DNA from: Calcarisporiella thermophila CBS 279.70
Taxonomy: Eukaryota > Fungi > Calcarisporiellomycota
Direction: 5' to 3'
Length of the DNA: 64,000 nt
NCBI RefSeq assembly: GCF_041956535.1
Contig: NW_027192206.1
Coordinates: 98,012-162,011 of the forward strand
Made by a program: the position numbers and the translations under genes. Positions 63,917 to 64,000 of this stretch are shown here, piece by piece. The notes beneath the pieces are model-generated. The model ran no database searches. It was not told the DNA's origin and saw only the letters and a list, made by a program, of their open reading frames with translations. How positions within the stretch are numbered: the stretch's first letter is position 1; every line of letters starts with the position of its first letter.

Positions 63917-64000
63917 TTTGTTGAAATTGTTACGAGGATATTGGCTTTTGGTACGGAAAGTCACATAAACAGTCACTTAGATACTCGGGAGGGAGGAGGG

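Overview
This is eukaryotic, intron-rich fungal genomic DNA. The short GT-AG introns, CON7-type zinc finger, Crinkler relic and secreted S41 peptidase suggest an early-diverging, Mucoromycota-like fungus (inference). About 22 spliced genes were reconstructed by hand: Xaa-Pro peptidase, PDX1, a CAP/PR-1 protein, two Ngt1/NOPE1-like UNC-93 MFS paralogues, a DHA2 MFS transporter, RCC1, Cys-type SelO, a secreted S41 peptidase, a PAM2-CUE-CCCH-Smr nuclease, a class-3 lipase, HERP-like, MARVEL-like, CON7-like, AUH-like, TMEM229-like, DOA10, a TFIIIC Tfc6/GTF3C2-like subunit and tRNA-Cys(GCA). An AT-rich accessory block at about 29-42 kb holds secreted enzymes and decayed genes. Highlights: (i) a secreted ~400-aa two-domain multicopper oxidase with ceruloplasmin-like sequence and a complete type-B 2dMCO ligand set, whose last ligands appear only after splicing; (ii) an apparently stand-alone transcription unit (TATA, pyrimidine-rich leader, CCACCATG) encoding a 20-aa proline-rich micropeptide; (iii) a three-domain laccase with all copper motifs intact but one in-frame TAG, preceded by four abutting hairpins; (iv) a CAP protein with a long, almost acid-free polycationic tail. 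All family assignments come from motif recognition, not database searches.
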